38,571 bases of DNA, from positions 1 through 38,571 of the IMG/VR virus record IMGVR_UViG_3300028557_002246; one strand, given 5' to 3'. The notes beneath the pieces are model-generated. The model ran no database searches. It was not told the origin of the DNA and was given only the letters and a program-made list of their open reading frames with translations. Made by a program: the position numbers and the translations under genes. Below are positions 27,592 through 36,327 of the stretch, piece after piece. The stretch is from a virus. Taxonomy: Duplodnaviria > Caudoviricetes. Each line of letters begins with the position of its first letter. Position 1 is the first letter of the stretch.

Positions 27592-28857
27592 ATGGTAAAA
27601 AATAAAAACATTGTGAGAGTGTCTCTCGCAAGCGGATTTGGCACGCTGTTTGAGTGGTATGATTTTTTGATCTATGCCGTGGCCACAGGATTGGTTTTCA
27701 AACATCTATTCTTCCCCGCTACCGATCCCGCCATTGCAATATTGCTGTCCATGTTGACATTTGGTGTTGGCTATGTAGTGCGGCCGCTGGGCGGTTTGAT
27801 ATTTGGTTATTTTGGAGATAGGGTCGGCCGCAAATCCATGCTGCTGTGGACTCTGGTGATCATGGGCCTCAGCACGTTTGCCATTGGCTTGCTGCCCACA
27901 TATCAACAAGTGGGCCTCTGGGCGCCGGCCATGTTAGTTGCCTTGCGCATCATACAGGGGCTGAGCTTTGGAGGAGAATGGGCCGGGGGAAGCATCATGA
28001 TCCTGGAGCATGCTCCAGACAAGCACAGGGGTCTCTATGCCAGCTTGGTGCAGATGGGCTACCCAATTGGATTCTTGTTGGCGTCTGGAGTTTTCTTGCT
28101 TACTATCAATCTATCCGGCGATCAATTCCTGGAATGGGCATGGCGGGTGCCTTTCCTACTTTCTATTGTGTTGGTCATTGTTGGTTTGGTGATTAGATCA
28201 CGCATCTCGGAAACCCCTGTGTTCAAAAAACTGCAAGAACAAAGAAAATTATTGAAGGTTCCCTTCATGCATGTGTTCAAGCATGAGAAGAGAGCGTTGT
28301 TCCTGGGCATTGGCATCAAGACATCAGAGATAGCTTGGGGCTATCTGCCCGCGGTATTCTTTCCGCTCTGGGCTGTGAACAATTTGGGAGTGGCGAGGGC
28401 CGACGTGATGAACTACATATTCATGGCCATGTTCATATCTATCGTGGCCATACCCGCCGCGGCATATCTTTCCGATCGCATAGGCAGGAGGAAGATTTTC
28501 CTCTACACTGCTGCCATAATGACTGTTTTGGCCATGCCCATATGGTCCACCATGCAGGCGGGACAGTTCGAACTGCCGTTAGTTGTTGGGTTGGTTGCCG
28601 GTGCAGTGATGTTGGCGCCACTGGCTGCTATATTGCCAGAATCTTTTTCAGCTGCAAGTCGTTATACTGGGGCAAGCCTGGCCAATCAGATCGCCGCGGC
28701 ACTGGGAGGTGGTGTGGTGCCTGCCCTGGCCAGTTGGGTAGCAATATCCTCAGGCAGTCTTGTGGGAGTGGGCATACTGATGGCCGTGTTGAGTCTAAAC
28801 ACTGCGGTGTGTGCTTGGTTAAGCAAAGAAACTTACAATAAGTCGTTGCTCAAATAA
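27592..28857 (+). CDS. MFS transporter, MHS (ShiA/ProP-like) family
   Basis: GTLFEWYDFLIY, RPLGG, GDRVGRK, RIIQGLSFGGEW, WRVPF, ETPVF, SDRIGRR. Confidence 0.92.
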   Translation: MVKNKNIVRVSLASGFGTLFEWYDFLIYAVATGLVFKHLFFPATDPAIAILLSMLTFGVGYVVRPLGGLIFGYFGDRVGRKSMLLWTLVIMGLSTFAIGLLPTYQQVGLWAPAMLVALRIIQGLSFGGEWAGGSIMILEHAPDKHRGLYASLVQMGYPIGFLLASGVFLLTINLSGDQFLEWAWRVPFLLSIVLVIVGLVIRSRISETPVFKKLQEQRKLLKVPFMHVFKHEKRALFLGIGIKTSEIAWGYLPAVFFPLWAVNNLGVARADVMNYIFMAMFISIVAIPAAAYLSDRIGRRKIFLYTAAIMTVLAMPIWSTMQAGQFELPLVVGLVAGAVMLAPLAAILPESFSAASRYTGASLANQIAAALGGGVVPALASWVAISSGSLVGVGILMAVLSLNTAVCAWLSKETYNKSLLK

Positions 28858-28865
28858 TTCATATT

Positions 28866-29456
28866 TTAAACTTCATGCGGTTGCCGATATTGACTCTGGT
28901 TAAGCTCTTCCATCTCAATAAATAATTTTATAGCATACTCGAAACACTTTTTTGCTTCCTCAACAACGTTTTCCGGAGCAGACTTTGTATAATCATTTAT
29001 TGTTTCTCTGATGGATAATATTAATTGCTTGGCATTATCAAATTCCAAATATGTGTTGGGTCCGGGTGTTTTTGACTTTATAATTTGACCCCCGTACAGG
29101 TCTCCCAGATACCTCACATACACGTGGGCATACAATCTGGCTGGATCATTTTGAATAGTGCCAATGTGCGAAACATATTCAAGCGTGCTTGGTACCACTT
29201 CCGGCTGAGGCGTGATGCGCACCCAGAGATCCTGGCAATCGTGCCTGAGCTTGTGCTCTCTGGCTATGCCGGGCAGAGAATCCAACAGTCCTCGCCGCTG
29301 GCAAGTTTTCTCCAGCGCACCATAACAATGTGCCAGGTTGTACAAATAGGTCGCATACAGACGCGGATGTATTTTGCCCGACATCATTGTGGAGACGAAC
29401 TCTTGCTGTTCGGCTCTGCGATGCTGCTCCATGGTTGCTTGCCTGATGTCTGTCAT
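28866..29456 (-). CDS. hemO: Heme oxygenase (HO-1/HemO family)
   Basis: IRQATMEQHRRAE (proximal His), YGALE, AHVYVRYLGDLYGGQII, EEAKKCF; ATG 29456 is ATGA-coupled to the upstream gene with a GAGAAG SD. Confidence 0.9.
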   Translation of the reverse strand: MTDIRQATMEQHRRAEQQEFVSTMMSGKIHPRLYATYLYNLAHCYGALEKTCQRRGLLDSLPGIAREHKLRHDCQDLWVRITPQPEVVPSTLEYVSHIGTIQNDPARLYAHVYVRYLGDLYGGQIIKSKTPGPNTYLEFDNAKQLILSIRETINDYTKSAPENVVEEAKKCFEYAIKLFIEMEELNQSQYRQPHEV

Positions 29457-29923
29457 ATGTTCTTCTCGTATATCCATCCCATGCCTTGGGTCTCTGTTTG
29501 GAAGATCCACTGATACACAGGCCAGGTGAACTCCAGGTACCACTCACCGTTGAATCCCATATAATTTGACTTCATTATTGGCTGCGCTGTGATGTTATTT
29601 TCTTTGGCATATTGGTAGTAGCCCTTGGTGTATATTGGCCTATATTGACTTTGCAACATGAAACTGGAATAACGAAATCCCTCAATCCCTATGCTTTTAA
29701 TTATCACGGCCTTGTCTTTGTCGCCCACTGTGTCTCTATCTGTCTTGTTCAATAGGAACACACTGATGCGATTGTTATCTGCGGCGGGCAGCAGCCATTC
29801 AAAAGTTTTATGTTCTCCCATGTGGCCTTCGTGCAATACCTGTTCGTTGAACTGGATCTTGACCACTGGTTGTTCTGCCCAATATATTGGTTGGATGTCC
29901 AGAGCTAATTTGACGTCACGCAT
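29453..29923 (-). CDS. Hypothetical protein coupled to the radical SAM gene
   Basis: 156-aa ORF overlapping both neighbours; GFNGEW motif. Confidence 0.65.
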   Translation of the reverse strand: MRDVKLALDIQPIYWAEQPVVKIQFNEQVLHEGHMGEHKTFEWLLPAADNNRISVFLLNKTDRDTVGDKDKAVIIKSIGIEGFRYSSFMLQSQYRPIYTKGYYQYAKENNITAQPIMKSNYMGFNGEWYLEFTWPVYQWIFQTETQGMGWIYEKNI

Positions 29924-31244
29924 TTACGTGTCCTTGGTATCCATATGCAGACAGGAATTCGTAGAGCTCTGAGGAATAATTTTTTATGTTTATTTTTTTC
30001 AATTTGTCCCATTGGTCCAGCTTATCTGCGCAGGTTTTTCTCAATTGTTCTGCATCCACTGGCGCAGATACTTTTGCTAGCCCAATAATAGATTCACATT
30101 CGTTTCTCATGCTGATATCTATTTTGTGTGGATCTTTTTGATTGTTAAATTCTTTATTTTCTGTTTTGGGCAGTGTGTGGAGTACTGCAGATACTTCTTT
30201 TATTACTTTTTGTTTAAGATTGTCTGGCAATAGTTTGGCCTGTTGCCACAACGGATTGACCAGCATGCTGTTATCAATTGGTATGCCCAGCTCGTAGCAC
30301 CACTTGATTAGGCTTGCATAGGTTGGTAGACTCAATATGCTTGGCACAGTTCTTATGGCTAGAGCCATGTTGTCTGGTCGCAGTTTTTTTAATTTTTCTA
30401 TGTTGGACATTATATTTTTTATTCTGCCTGCCTGTCTGATATAATCGCCCACCGGTTCCACGCTCTCTATGCTGATGCCTATCTCAGTCCTTTTAAATTT
30501 TGCCAATCTATCAAAGTATTTTGTATAATCCACACTGCCATTGATTGTGAAACTAAAATTAATATTCTTTGCCATGTCTTTCTCCACTAGATAATTTAGA
30601 AGAAAATCAAATTTAGGTATGAATGCAACTTCTCCCCCTATGATGTGCATCACTCGAATGCTGTCTGGGTGCCTCTCGAGATAATCCATGAAGTTTGCCC
30701 ACCCCTGTGGATCGTCAGACCAATGGTCAAAATTGTTGTTTGTATCTATCCATCCAAGCTCTTTCCATTCTCTCTGTAATGGTGTGCTGAAGTACGGATT
30801 ACACATCCTGCATGAAAAATTACATCGGTCTCCTAGATTGACGTGTAGGCTGTGTACCGTGGTCTCGGTAAGTCCTTGGTTGTCCTCGCTGTATTGGAAA
30901 CGCGGCAGATTTGGACTCTGCTGATAGCTCCTCTCGAAAGAATCAAGAAACACCAAGGACTTCATGTTTTCTTTCCTGCGCGGGCTCTCATAGCCCACCT
31001 CGTCCTTGAGTTGGCATGCCCTGCACATGGGGTCGGGTATCTCGCCCAGCTTGATCATCCTGGCCTGGCGCATGCGGGGACTGTTCCAATACTCTTCTAT
31101 GGACATCTTCTTGATGTTCCACACTTGTCCCAGCGGGGTGCCAAGTATCTTGTCGTTCTGGCAGCCACAGAGATCGAAACTGCCATCATTGTTGATGTTC
31201 AACTCAAACCAAGGAATGTTACAGAATATTTTGCTGTTAGGCAT
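29916..31244 (-). CDS. Radical SAM protein with N-terminal Twitch/SPASM-like domain
   Basis: CNIPW...LCGC, CRAC, CNFSCRMC, GGE, SIES, YIR. Confidence 0.87.
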   Translation of the reverse strand: MPNSKIFCNIPWFELNINNDGSFDLCGCQNDKILGTPLGQVWNIKKMSIEEYWNSPRMRQARMIKLGEIPDPMCRACQLKDEVGYESPRRKENMKSLVFLDSFERSYQQSPNLPRFQYSEDNQGLTETTVHSLHVNLGDRCNFSCRMCNPYFSTPLQREWKELGWIDTNNNFDHWSDDPQGWANFMDYLERHPDSIRVMHIIGGEVAFIPKFDFLLNYLVEKDMAKNINFSFTINGSVDYTKYFDRLAKFKRTEIGISIESVEPVGDYIRQAGRIKNIMSNIEKLKKLRPDNMALAIRTVPSILSLPTYASLIKWCYELGIPIDNSMLVNPLWQQAKLLPDNLKQKVIKEVSAVLHTLPKTENKEFNNQKDPHKIDISMRNECESIIGLAKVSAPVDAEQLRKTCADKLDQWDKLKKINIKNYSSELYEFLSAYGYQGHVNA

Positions 31245-31250
31245 TTATGC

Positions 31251-31847
31251 CTATTTATTGTCCACTTCTCTGCTGGTGACAACTTTGTCGGCCAGTCCAT
31301 ATGCCACTGCCTGCTCTGCTGTCATGAAGTTGTCTCGCTCCATGTCCGCTTGCAATTTTTCTAGTGGCTGTCCTGTGTGTTTTTGATAAACTTGTGTCAG
31401 CTCGGCTTTCCAGCGCAACAGCTCGTTGGCCTGGATCTGAACATCTGTGGCCTGGCCCGATGCTCCGCCCAAGGGTTGATGTATCATGTGTCGAGCGTGT
31501 GGCAGTATCAGTCTCTTGCCTTTGGTCCCTGCCGAGGCCAACAATGATCCCATGGAACAGGCTTGCCCCATGACAATGGTCTGTATGTCACATTGGATAT
31601 ATTGCATGGTGTCGTATATGGCCATGCCGGCTGTGACCAATCCGCCTGGTGAATTGATGTAGATGGTTATGTCTCTTTCTGGTGCTTGTGATTCACAAAA
31701 TAATAATTGAGCTACGATAACAGATGCCGAATGCTCCTCGATGGGGCCTTCCAGCACAATGATTCTGTCCTTCAGCAGTCGGCTGAATATGTCGTAGCTG
31801 CGCTCGCCTTTGGATGTTTGTTCGATCACTACTGGTATGAGTGGCAT
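31251..31847 (-). CDS. clpP: ATP-dependent Clp protease proteolytic subunit
   Basis: [24 protein letters not shown] (catalytic Ser), MIHQP (His), ERDNFM (Asp). Confidence 0.96.
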   Translation of the reverse strand: MPLIPVVIEQTSKGERSYDIFSRLLKDRIIVLEGPIEEHSASVIVAQLLFCESQAPERDITIYINSPGGLVTAGMAIYDTMQYIQCDIQTIVMGQACSMGSLLASAGTKGKRLILPHARHMIHQPLGGASGQATDVQIQANELLRWKAELTQVYQKHTGQPLEKLQADMERDNFMTAEQAVAYGLADKVVTSREVDNK

Positions 31848-31856
31848 ATCTGAATT

Positions 31857-31885
31857 ATTTTAACACGATAATAAGAGATTGTCAA
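31857..31885 (-). promoter_or_regulatory. Sigma70-type promoter of clpP
   Basis: TTGACA-N17-TAAAAT with TG extension, 9 nt before ATG. Confidence 0.62.
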
Positions 31886-31895
31886 TTATGTGGGA

Positions 31896-33131
31896 TTACC
31901 AATCTTTTTCAAATTTTGCGAAATGATATAGGATATTTTTCTTAACTCCTTCATCAAACAAATATAAAGGTTGTAATGTGTCTGTAAGCGCAAAAAACGT
32001 CATTGGGTTTTTATTTGCGTGGACCAAGTGATCTTTCTGCCTTAGCTTTTGCATCTCTCCAGACGCTAATTTTTGTTTGTAAAAAAGATACCACTCGTTT
32101 TTATCAAATTCATAGATGTATTTTTTTGCGCACCACTTGAGCGATGCTTGTGCTAGATTGACATCAACATTTATTTTTTCGCCATTGTTGTTGTTGACCA
32201 TGCTCCATTTTTGATAATCCTGGGTGTTGTACCAGTCAAACAGATTGGTATCTATGTAATCAAAGCCGTGTTTAAAATTATCATGCGTATACGTCCTCAT
32301 TGCTATGTTAAGGTATCTCAAATTAAACAAAGACCACCATGCCACATCATATAGGCTATTCACAGGCACATCACTGGTCAATATATTTTTTTGTAGCTTA
32401 TGCCAATACGTTTCTCCCCACCTGCTTATGAATAGATCTTTGAAAACAGTGTAATGCACACTGGGATCATGTGCCATGGGCCAGTGCTTGATAATATTTT
32501 GTTTTGAGGCTGTGGATAAGTCCTTGATGTAGTAAAAAAAATTATTATGCAGGTCCAGCCACCCCTTGGATCCACACAATGAATCTCCGGACATGGAAGA
32601 TATAATGATATAGCCCATGTTTACAACATCCTCGGTCAAATATTTTGTGCTGTCAATCGTGACGAACTTTTCATGGATATACTTTTTATAAAATTTAGGA
32701 TTTTCTATTATTGACGCAGTGTTGCAATAAAAAGAAACATTTTCCAATTCTTTTTTGGATAGATTTATTAACAAGGCCGTGGTGATTAATAAACTATCGA
32801 TGCCTCCGGAATAGAGCACACAAAATTTTATATTTTTTTCCTGTATTAATTTTTTTACCTCGTTGGCCCGTTCATTGGTTATTTGTGTCCAATTTTTTTT
32901 GAAGGTGTGATCGTACGCTGGCATTTTAAATCTATCCAAAATCTTTAACTTCCAGGGCAAGGACCAAGCTCCCATATTCCTGCCCACCGCGGTAAAGACA
33001 TCTGTTTTTGCCATATCGATCAGCCACTGACCGGCAGGGCTCGCAGATTCTCTTACGTCGTGCCAAAACGATTGGGTCTGTCTGTTGACGTTTATGCTGA
33101 AATGATGCAGGTCGGTTTTAATATCAAGCAT
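31896..33131 (-). CDS. PP-loop (adenine nucleotide alpha-hydrolase, Asn-synthase C-domain-like) protein without a glutaminase domain
   Basis: LYSGGIDS, SGD.L.G, Y.T.DYQKW, K...K.YI. Confidence 0.65.
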   Translation of the reverse strand: MLDIKTDLHHFSINVNRQTQSFWHDVRESASPAGQWLIDMAKTDVFTAVGRNMGAWSLPWKLKILDRFKMPAYDHTFKKNWTQITNERANEVKKLIQEKNIKFCVLYSGGIDSLLITTALLINLSKKELENVSFYCNTASIIENPKFYKKYIHEKFVTIDSTKYLTEDVVNMGYIIISSMSGDSLCGSKGWLDLHNNFFYYIKDLSTASKQNIIKHWPMAHDPSVHYTVFKDLFISRWGETYWHKLQKNILTSDVPVNSLYDVAWWSLFNLRYLNIAMRTYTHDNFKHGFDYIDTNLFDWYNTQDYQKWSMVNNNNGEKINVDVNLAQASLKWCAKKYIYEFDKNEWYLFYKQKLASGEMQKLRQKDHLVHANKNPMTFFALTDTLQPLYLFDEGVKKNILYHFAKFEKDW

Positions 33132-33867
33132 TGTTGAAGACCTTTTGAATGTCTTTGGGCATCTCGGTACCTATGATACTATAAAATTCAATACAATTTT
33201 TTTTAAATTCATTTTGCCACTTCTCGGGGTAAAAAACTCTTTCATTAAGATTTTTGCTTATAAGTTGATACCAAAAAACGTTGACTTGGTCCTGGGCTTC
33301 TGTAATATTTTCTGCATATGTTAAAATATTCATCATGTGCGTGGTGAGGGTGGGCTCTAGGGGTTTATTGTAAAGGAATGAATTGTATTCGTTGTGTTCT
33401 TGCTCGATGTGTATCTGCTGGTAGATCATTGACGTCAACATTATGGCATGCATGCAGCAGTTGACATATTTTGCATAGTCTTGTGTTTCTAACAATTTAT
33501 TTTTCCTATCTTCATGGCGGAACTCCGCGGGCAGGTCAACTTTTTGTATTTTGGTACTTCCGTCGGTCCTAAGATATGCTGCTGTTGGACTTTGCCTCAA
33601 TCCATCCCCGCTGGTTTCAACTTGAAATTTGTGGTGTTGGAAAGTAAATTTAAAACAATTGTCGTTGGTCATTTTGGGAAATCTATTGTGTTCTTGCAAT
33701 ATGAATAACACTGTGTTTATTTTTGATGACAACACCTGCGCTGTTTTATACAGTGCAAATATATTATGGTCGTCTACTAGAAGGAATCTCCGTATCGATG
33801 GACTGTATAAACCATAATAAACCCTTGATCCATTTCCGGGATAATAAGTTGACAATACCTTTTCCAT
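33124..33867 (-). CDS. Hypothetical protein coupled to the PP-loop gene
   Basis: 247-aa AT-rich ORF; TAAATA box 6 nt upstream. Confidence 0.7.
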   Translation of the reverse strand: MEKVLSTYYPGNGSRVYYGLYSPSIRRFLLVDDHNIFALYKTAQVLSSKINTVLFILQEHNRFPKMTNDNCFKFTFQHHKFQVETSGDGLRQSPTAAYLRTDGSTKIQKVDLPAEFRHEDRKNKLLETQDYAKYVNCCMHAIMLTSMIYQQIHIEQEHNEYNSFLYNKPLEPTLTTHMMNILTYAENITEAQDQVNVFWYQLISKNLNERVFYPEKWQNEFKKNCIEFYSIIGTEMPKDIQKVFNNA

Positions 33868-33905
33868 GCCAACTATTTACATCATGCTAACAAATGGAAA
33901 AAATA

Positions 33906-34295
33906 TTATCTATCCGGGCTCCACCAGGTGTACTGCTCGCCGTGATGCTTCGTGAGCCTGTCCAGCTGCCGGCGGTGCTCGCGCTCCCTGCGCACCTTGT
34001 CTCGCATGATCTTCTGCCAGTCCTCTCGCATTATGAGATCGTCCCTGCAGACCTGCATCTTGACCAGCATGAGATGTTTCTGCGTGGGGTAGGTCCATAT
34101 CTCGCCGCGGTGCCAGTTGCTGAGGTGCACCCATCCACGATACTGGCAGTGCGTGCCTGCGAGGTCCTGCCATTGCTTGGGTGCGCCGAACTGCGGCTGG
34201 TGCAGGTAGTGATATATGAACAGCCGCTGGCGTCGGCGGAACCATAGGTCGGGCTGTGTGATCATCCTGCTCTGGGAATATCTATTGTGCCTCAT
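33906..34295 (-). CDS. Hypothetical Arg/Trp-rich protein
   Basis: 129-aa ORF with a TAAATA box 7 nt upstream. Confidence 0.55.
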   Translation of the reverse strand: MRHNRYSQSRMITQPDLWFRRRQRLFIYHYLHQPQFGAPKQWQDLAGTHCQYRGWVHLSNWHRGEIWTYPTQKHLMLVKMQVCRDDLIMREDWQKIMRDKVRREREHRRQLDRLTKHHGEQYTWWSPDR

Positions 34296-34354
34296 GCTGG
34301 ATTATTTACTGCTCACGCCATGCAGTAAAGCACCCAGTTATATGGGTGGTGTCG

Positions 34355-34645
34355 TCACTGCATCAAGAGACGGAACATGCCCACGGAGTCTATCGTGGTC
34401 AGCAGCAGGTAGTTGGCCAGCATGCCAAAGCTGCGGCGGTTCCAGGCCGCCCAGGCATACATGCCACAGCCCGAGATCCATATGGGGTACAGTATCAGCC
34501 AGGGTGGGTTTGGCACCGTGGCGCTCATGGTGATGGAACAGCCGATGCTGAAGCACCAGGCCAACAACTCCACGCAGAATCTTAGGGGATAGCTGCGGTA
34601 GTCGCGATGGATCCATTCCAGTGTGGGGCGAAATATTCTAAACAT
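34355..34645 (-). CDS. Small three-helix membrane protein
   Basis: 96 aa with three hydrophobic segments. Confidence 0.6.
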   Translation of the reverse strand: MFRIFRPTLEWIHRDYRSYPLRFCVELLAWCFSIGCSITMSATVPNPPWLILYPIWISGCGMYAWAAWNRRSFGMLANYLLLTTIDSVGMFRLLMQ

Positions 34646-34660
34646 GATGTGATCAGTTAC

Positions 34661-34688
34661 TCACAGGGCAGACGGATCCGCCCTGTGA
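34661..34688. terminator. Strong hairpin, probable terminator of the upstream minus-strand gene
   Basis: TCACAGGGCAGA-CGGA-TCCGCCCTGTGA. Confidence 0.6.
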
Positions 34689-34698
34689 ATGTTGTGTG

Positions 34699-34857
34699 TT
34701 ACTTCTTGGCTGGTGCAGCCGGTGTTACCGGTGCTGTCACTGCTGGCTTGGCCGCTGGCGCTGTGGCTTTTGGCTTCAGCGTGTAGTAGCCCACCAACGC
34801 AACCAATACCACCACTACTGCGATGGCAATGTTTCTATATGAAAACAAATTGTTCAT
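34699..34857 (-). CDS. 52-aa membrane-anchored protein with an Ala/Pro/Lys-rich tail
   Basis: MNNLFSYRNIAIAVVVVLVALVGYY-TLKPKATAPAAKP...; GGAG SD and promoter. Confidence 0.7.
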   Translation of the reverse strand: MNNLFSYRNIAIAVVVVLVALVGYYTLKPKATAPAAKPAVTAPVTPAAPAKK

Positions 34858-34883
34858 TTGTGTTCTCCGTTGTTGATGGGTGT

Positions 34884-34911
34884 ATTGTAGCACAACGCTG
34901 CAGTGTGTCAA
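34884..34911 (-). promoter_or_regulatory. Sigma70-type promoter
   Basis: TTGACA-N16-TACAAT with TG extension. Confidence 0.68.
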
Positions 34912-34959
34912 CCTTTGGTAATTGCCTGCCACGGCCGGAGTGTTTTAAATAACACACAT

Positions 34960-35349
34960 ATGCATGTGCTGACCCTGAGACCCATCAAGACCCTGACCAC
35001 GGACAGCCACAGCCTGTGGCACTACCACTGCCACTGGATCCCGGCCCAGCTCACGGGCATGGAGCTGGAGGTCGTGGCGCAGCGTTCCGGACCCGTGCAG
35101 GACCACCAGATACGCCTGCAGCTGGATGGCGAGGCCGTGGGGGAGAATCGAGCAGGGCAGGGTGGACCCTGTTATGGTGGCCCCAATGACCTATGGGGCA
35201 CACAGATCACCTTCCAGGAGATCAACAGGATGAGCGTGCTGACGCAGTATCTGTGCGGCACAGAGCCCCGGGGGCGGATAGTGGTGGAGGATGTGATATT
35301 GAAGTTGCACTACAGGCCCTGGCCGCTGGTGCAGCCGGGCTCGATGTGA
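34960..35349 (+). CDS. Hypothetical protein (129 aa)
   Basis: TAAATA box 8 nt before ATG 34960; YGGPNDLWG motif. Confidence 0.55.
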   Translation: MHVLTLRPIKTLTTDSHSLWHYHCHWIPAQLTGMELEVVAQRSGPVQDHQIRLQLDGEAVGENRAGQGGPCYGGPNDLWGTQITFQEINRMSVLTQYLCGTEPRGRIVVEDVILKLHYRPWPLVQPGSM

Positions 35350-35353
35350 TGAT

Positions 35354-35560
35354 CTACTGGACGGATAGGTTGACTGCTGCTGGACCCTTGTCTGTGGATT
35401 CCAGGTCAAACATCACTGCATCACCCTCGTTGAGAGTGTCCATGCCTGCTGCCTGAACCGCTGTTATGTGTACGAACACGTCCTTGTCTTCTGTTGCTAT
35501 GAATCCAAACCCTTTTTGGGCGTTGAACCATTTTACTGTTCCTTGTGTCATTGTTGTCAT
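35354..35560 (-). CDS. cspA: Cold-shock protein
   Basis: [15 protein letters not shown] (RNP1), DVFVH (RNP2), KGPAAVN. Confidence 0.95.
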   Translation of the reverse strand: MTTMTQGTVKWFNAQKGFGFIATEDKDVFVHITAVQAAGMDTLNEGDAVMFDLESTDKGPAAVNLSVQ

Positions 35561-35695
35561 TGTCTTTCTTTTTTGTTGTTGTTATTATTAGGTACTGTAA
35601 TTCTAGTGGGGAAAATTAGCCTGGTGCACTGAATGTGCCCATGTGTCGTTGTCTCTACTTGCTTTACCTTACTTTGTTCTTGTTTACTTATGACT

Positions 35696-35724
35696 ATTGT
35701 AGCACGCCCTTGCAGATGGGTCAA
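35696..35724 (-). promoter_or_regulatory. Sigma70-type promoter of cspA, with a long 5' UTR
   Basis: TTGACC-N17-TACAAT with TG extension, about 135 nt upstream of the cspA ATG. Confidence 0.6.
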
Positions 35725-35733
35725 CCTGATTGC

Positions 35734-36291
35734 CTACCGCAGGCTCTGCCACAGCGCCTGGTCAGGGCCATAGTGCTGCTGTATGTAGGTGCGCTGCTGC
35801 GCAGTGATGCCGGTGTGCAGGCTGATGCTTTGGTTTATGGCCGCCCCGGTGACTCGGCCGCCCATCCACGCCACGCAGGCCTCGATCTCGTCCTCGAAGC
35901 GGAAGAACACAGTGCGGGCCGTGGCCCTGTGCCCCTGCGAGCTCCAGGCCGTGTCGCCATGATCCTGGGTGGGATGGTCCCTGTGCCAGTCCACGAAGCT
36001 GTGCCAGTTGCTCATGATTGACCGCTCGCACACCAGGCCGCCCGGTCCCAGCACGATGCGCTCCCGATACTGCGGCAGCTGCAGCCAATGCTGCCACAGG
36101 CTGATGAATCTCTCCACGGGATCTCTGATGATCATGCTCCACTCATAGTGCGGGTACAGGGTGTTGGTGGGCTGGTGTCGGGGGAACATGGCCTCGTAGC
36201 CGTCAACATGATCACACTGCGATCGCAGGAACGAACCAGCGCAGCGGGCGTTGTGTATGTGGCCTTTCATCAGCGAGTGCACCATGAACAT
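35734..36291 (-). CDS. Sulfotransferase-family-like protein
   Basis: HIHNARCAGS (5'-PSB-like), IRDPVERFISLW, FRFED. Confidence 0.6.
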   Translation of the reverse strand: MFMVHSLMKGHIHNARCAGSFLRSQCDHVDGYEAMFPRHQPTNTLYPHYEWSMIIRDPVERFISLWQHWLQLPQYRERIVLGPGGLVCERSIMSNWHSFVDWHRDHPTQDHGDTAWSSQGHRATARTVFFRFEDEIEACVAWMGGRVTGAAINQSISLHTGITAQQRTYIQQHYGPDQALWQSLR

Positions 36292-36327
36292 GTGTGTTAA
36301 TTATGCCCGCCGTGGCTAATTATGTGC

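Noticed and set aside
24667-29543. Longer ORF-track starts for sufT (24667), porin (26863), pcyX (27557) and hemO (29543)
   Set aside because: The extensions overlap other genes or promoters; downstream ATGs fit the domain boundaries, signal peptide, coupling or promoter boxes.
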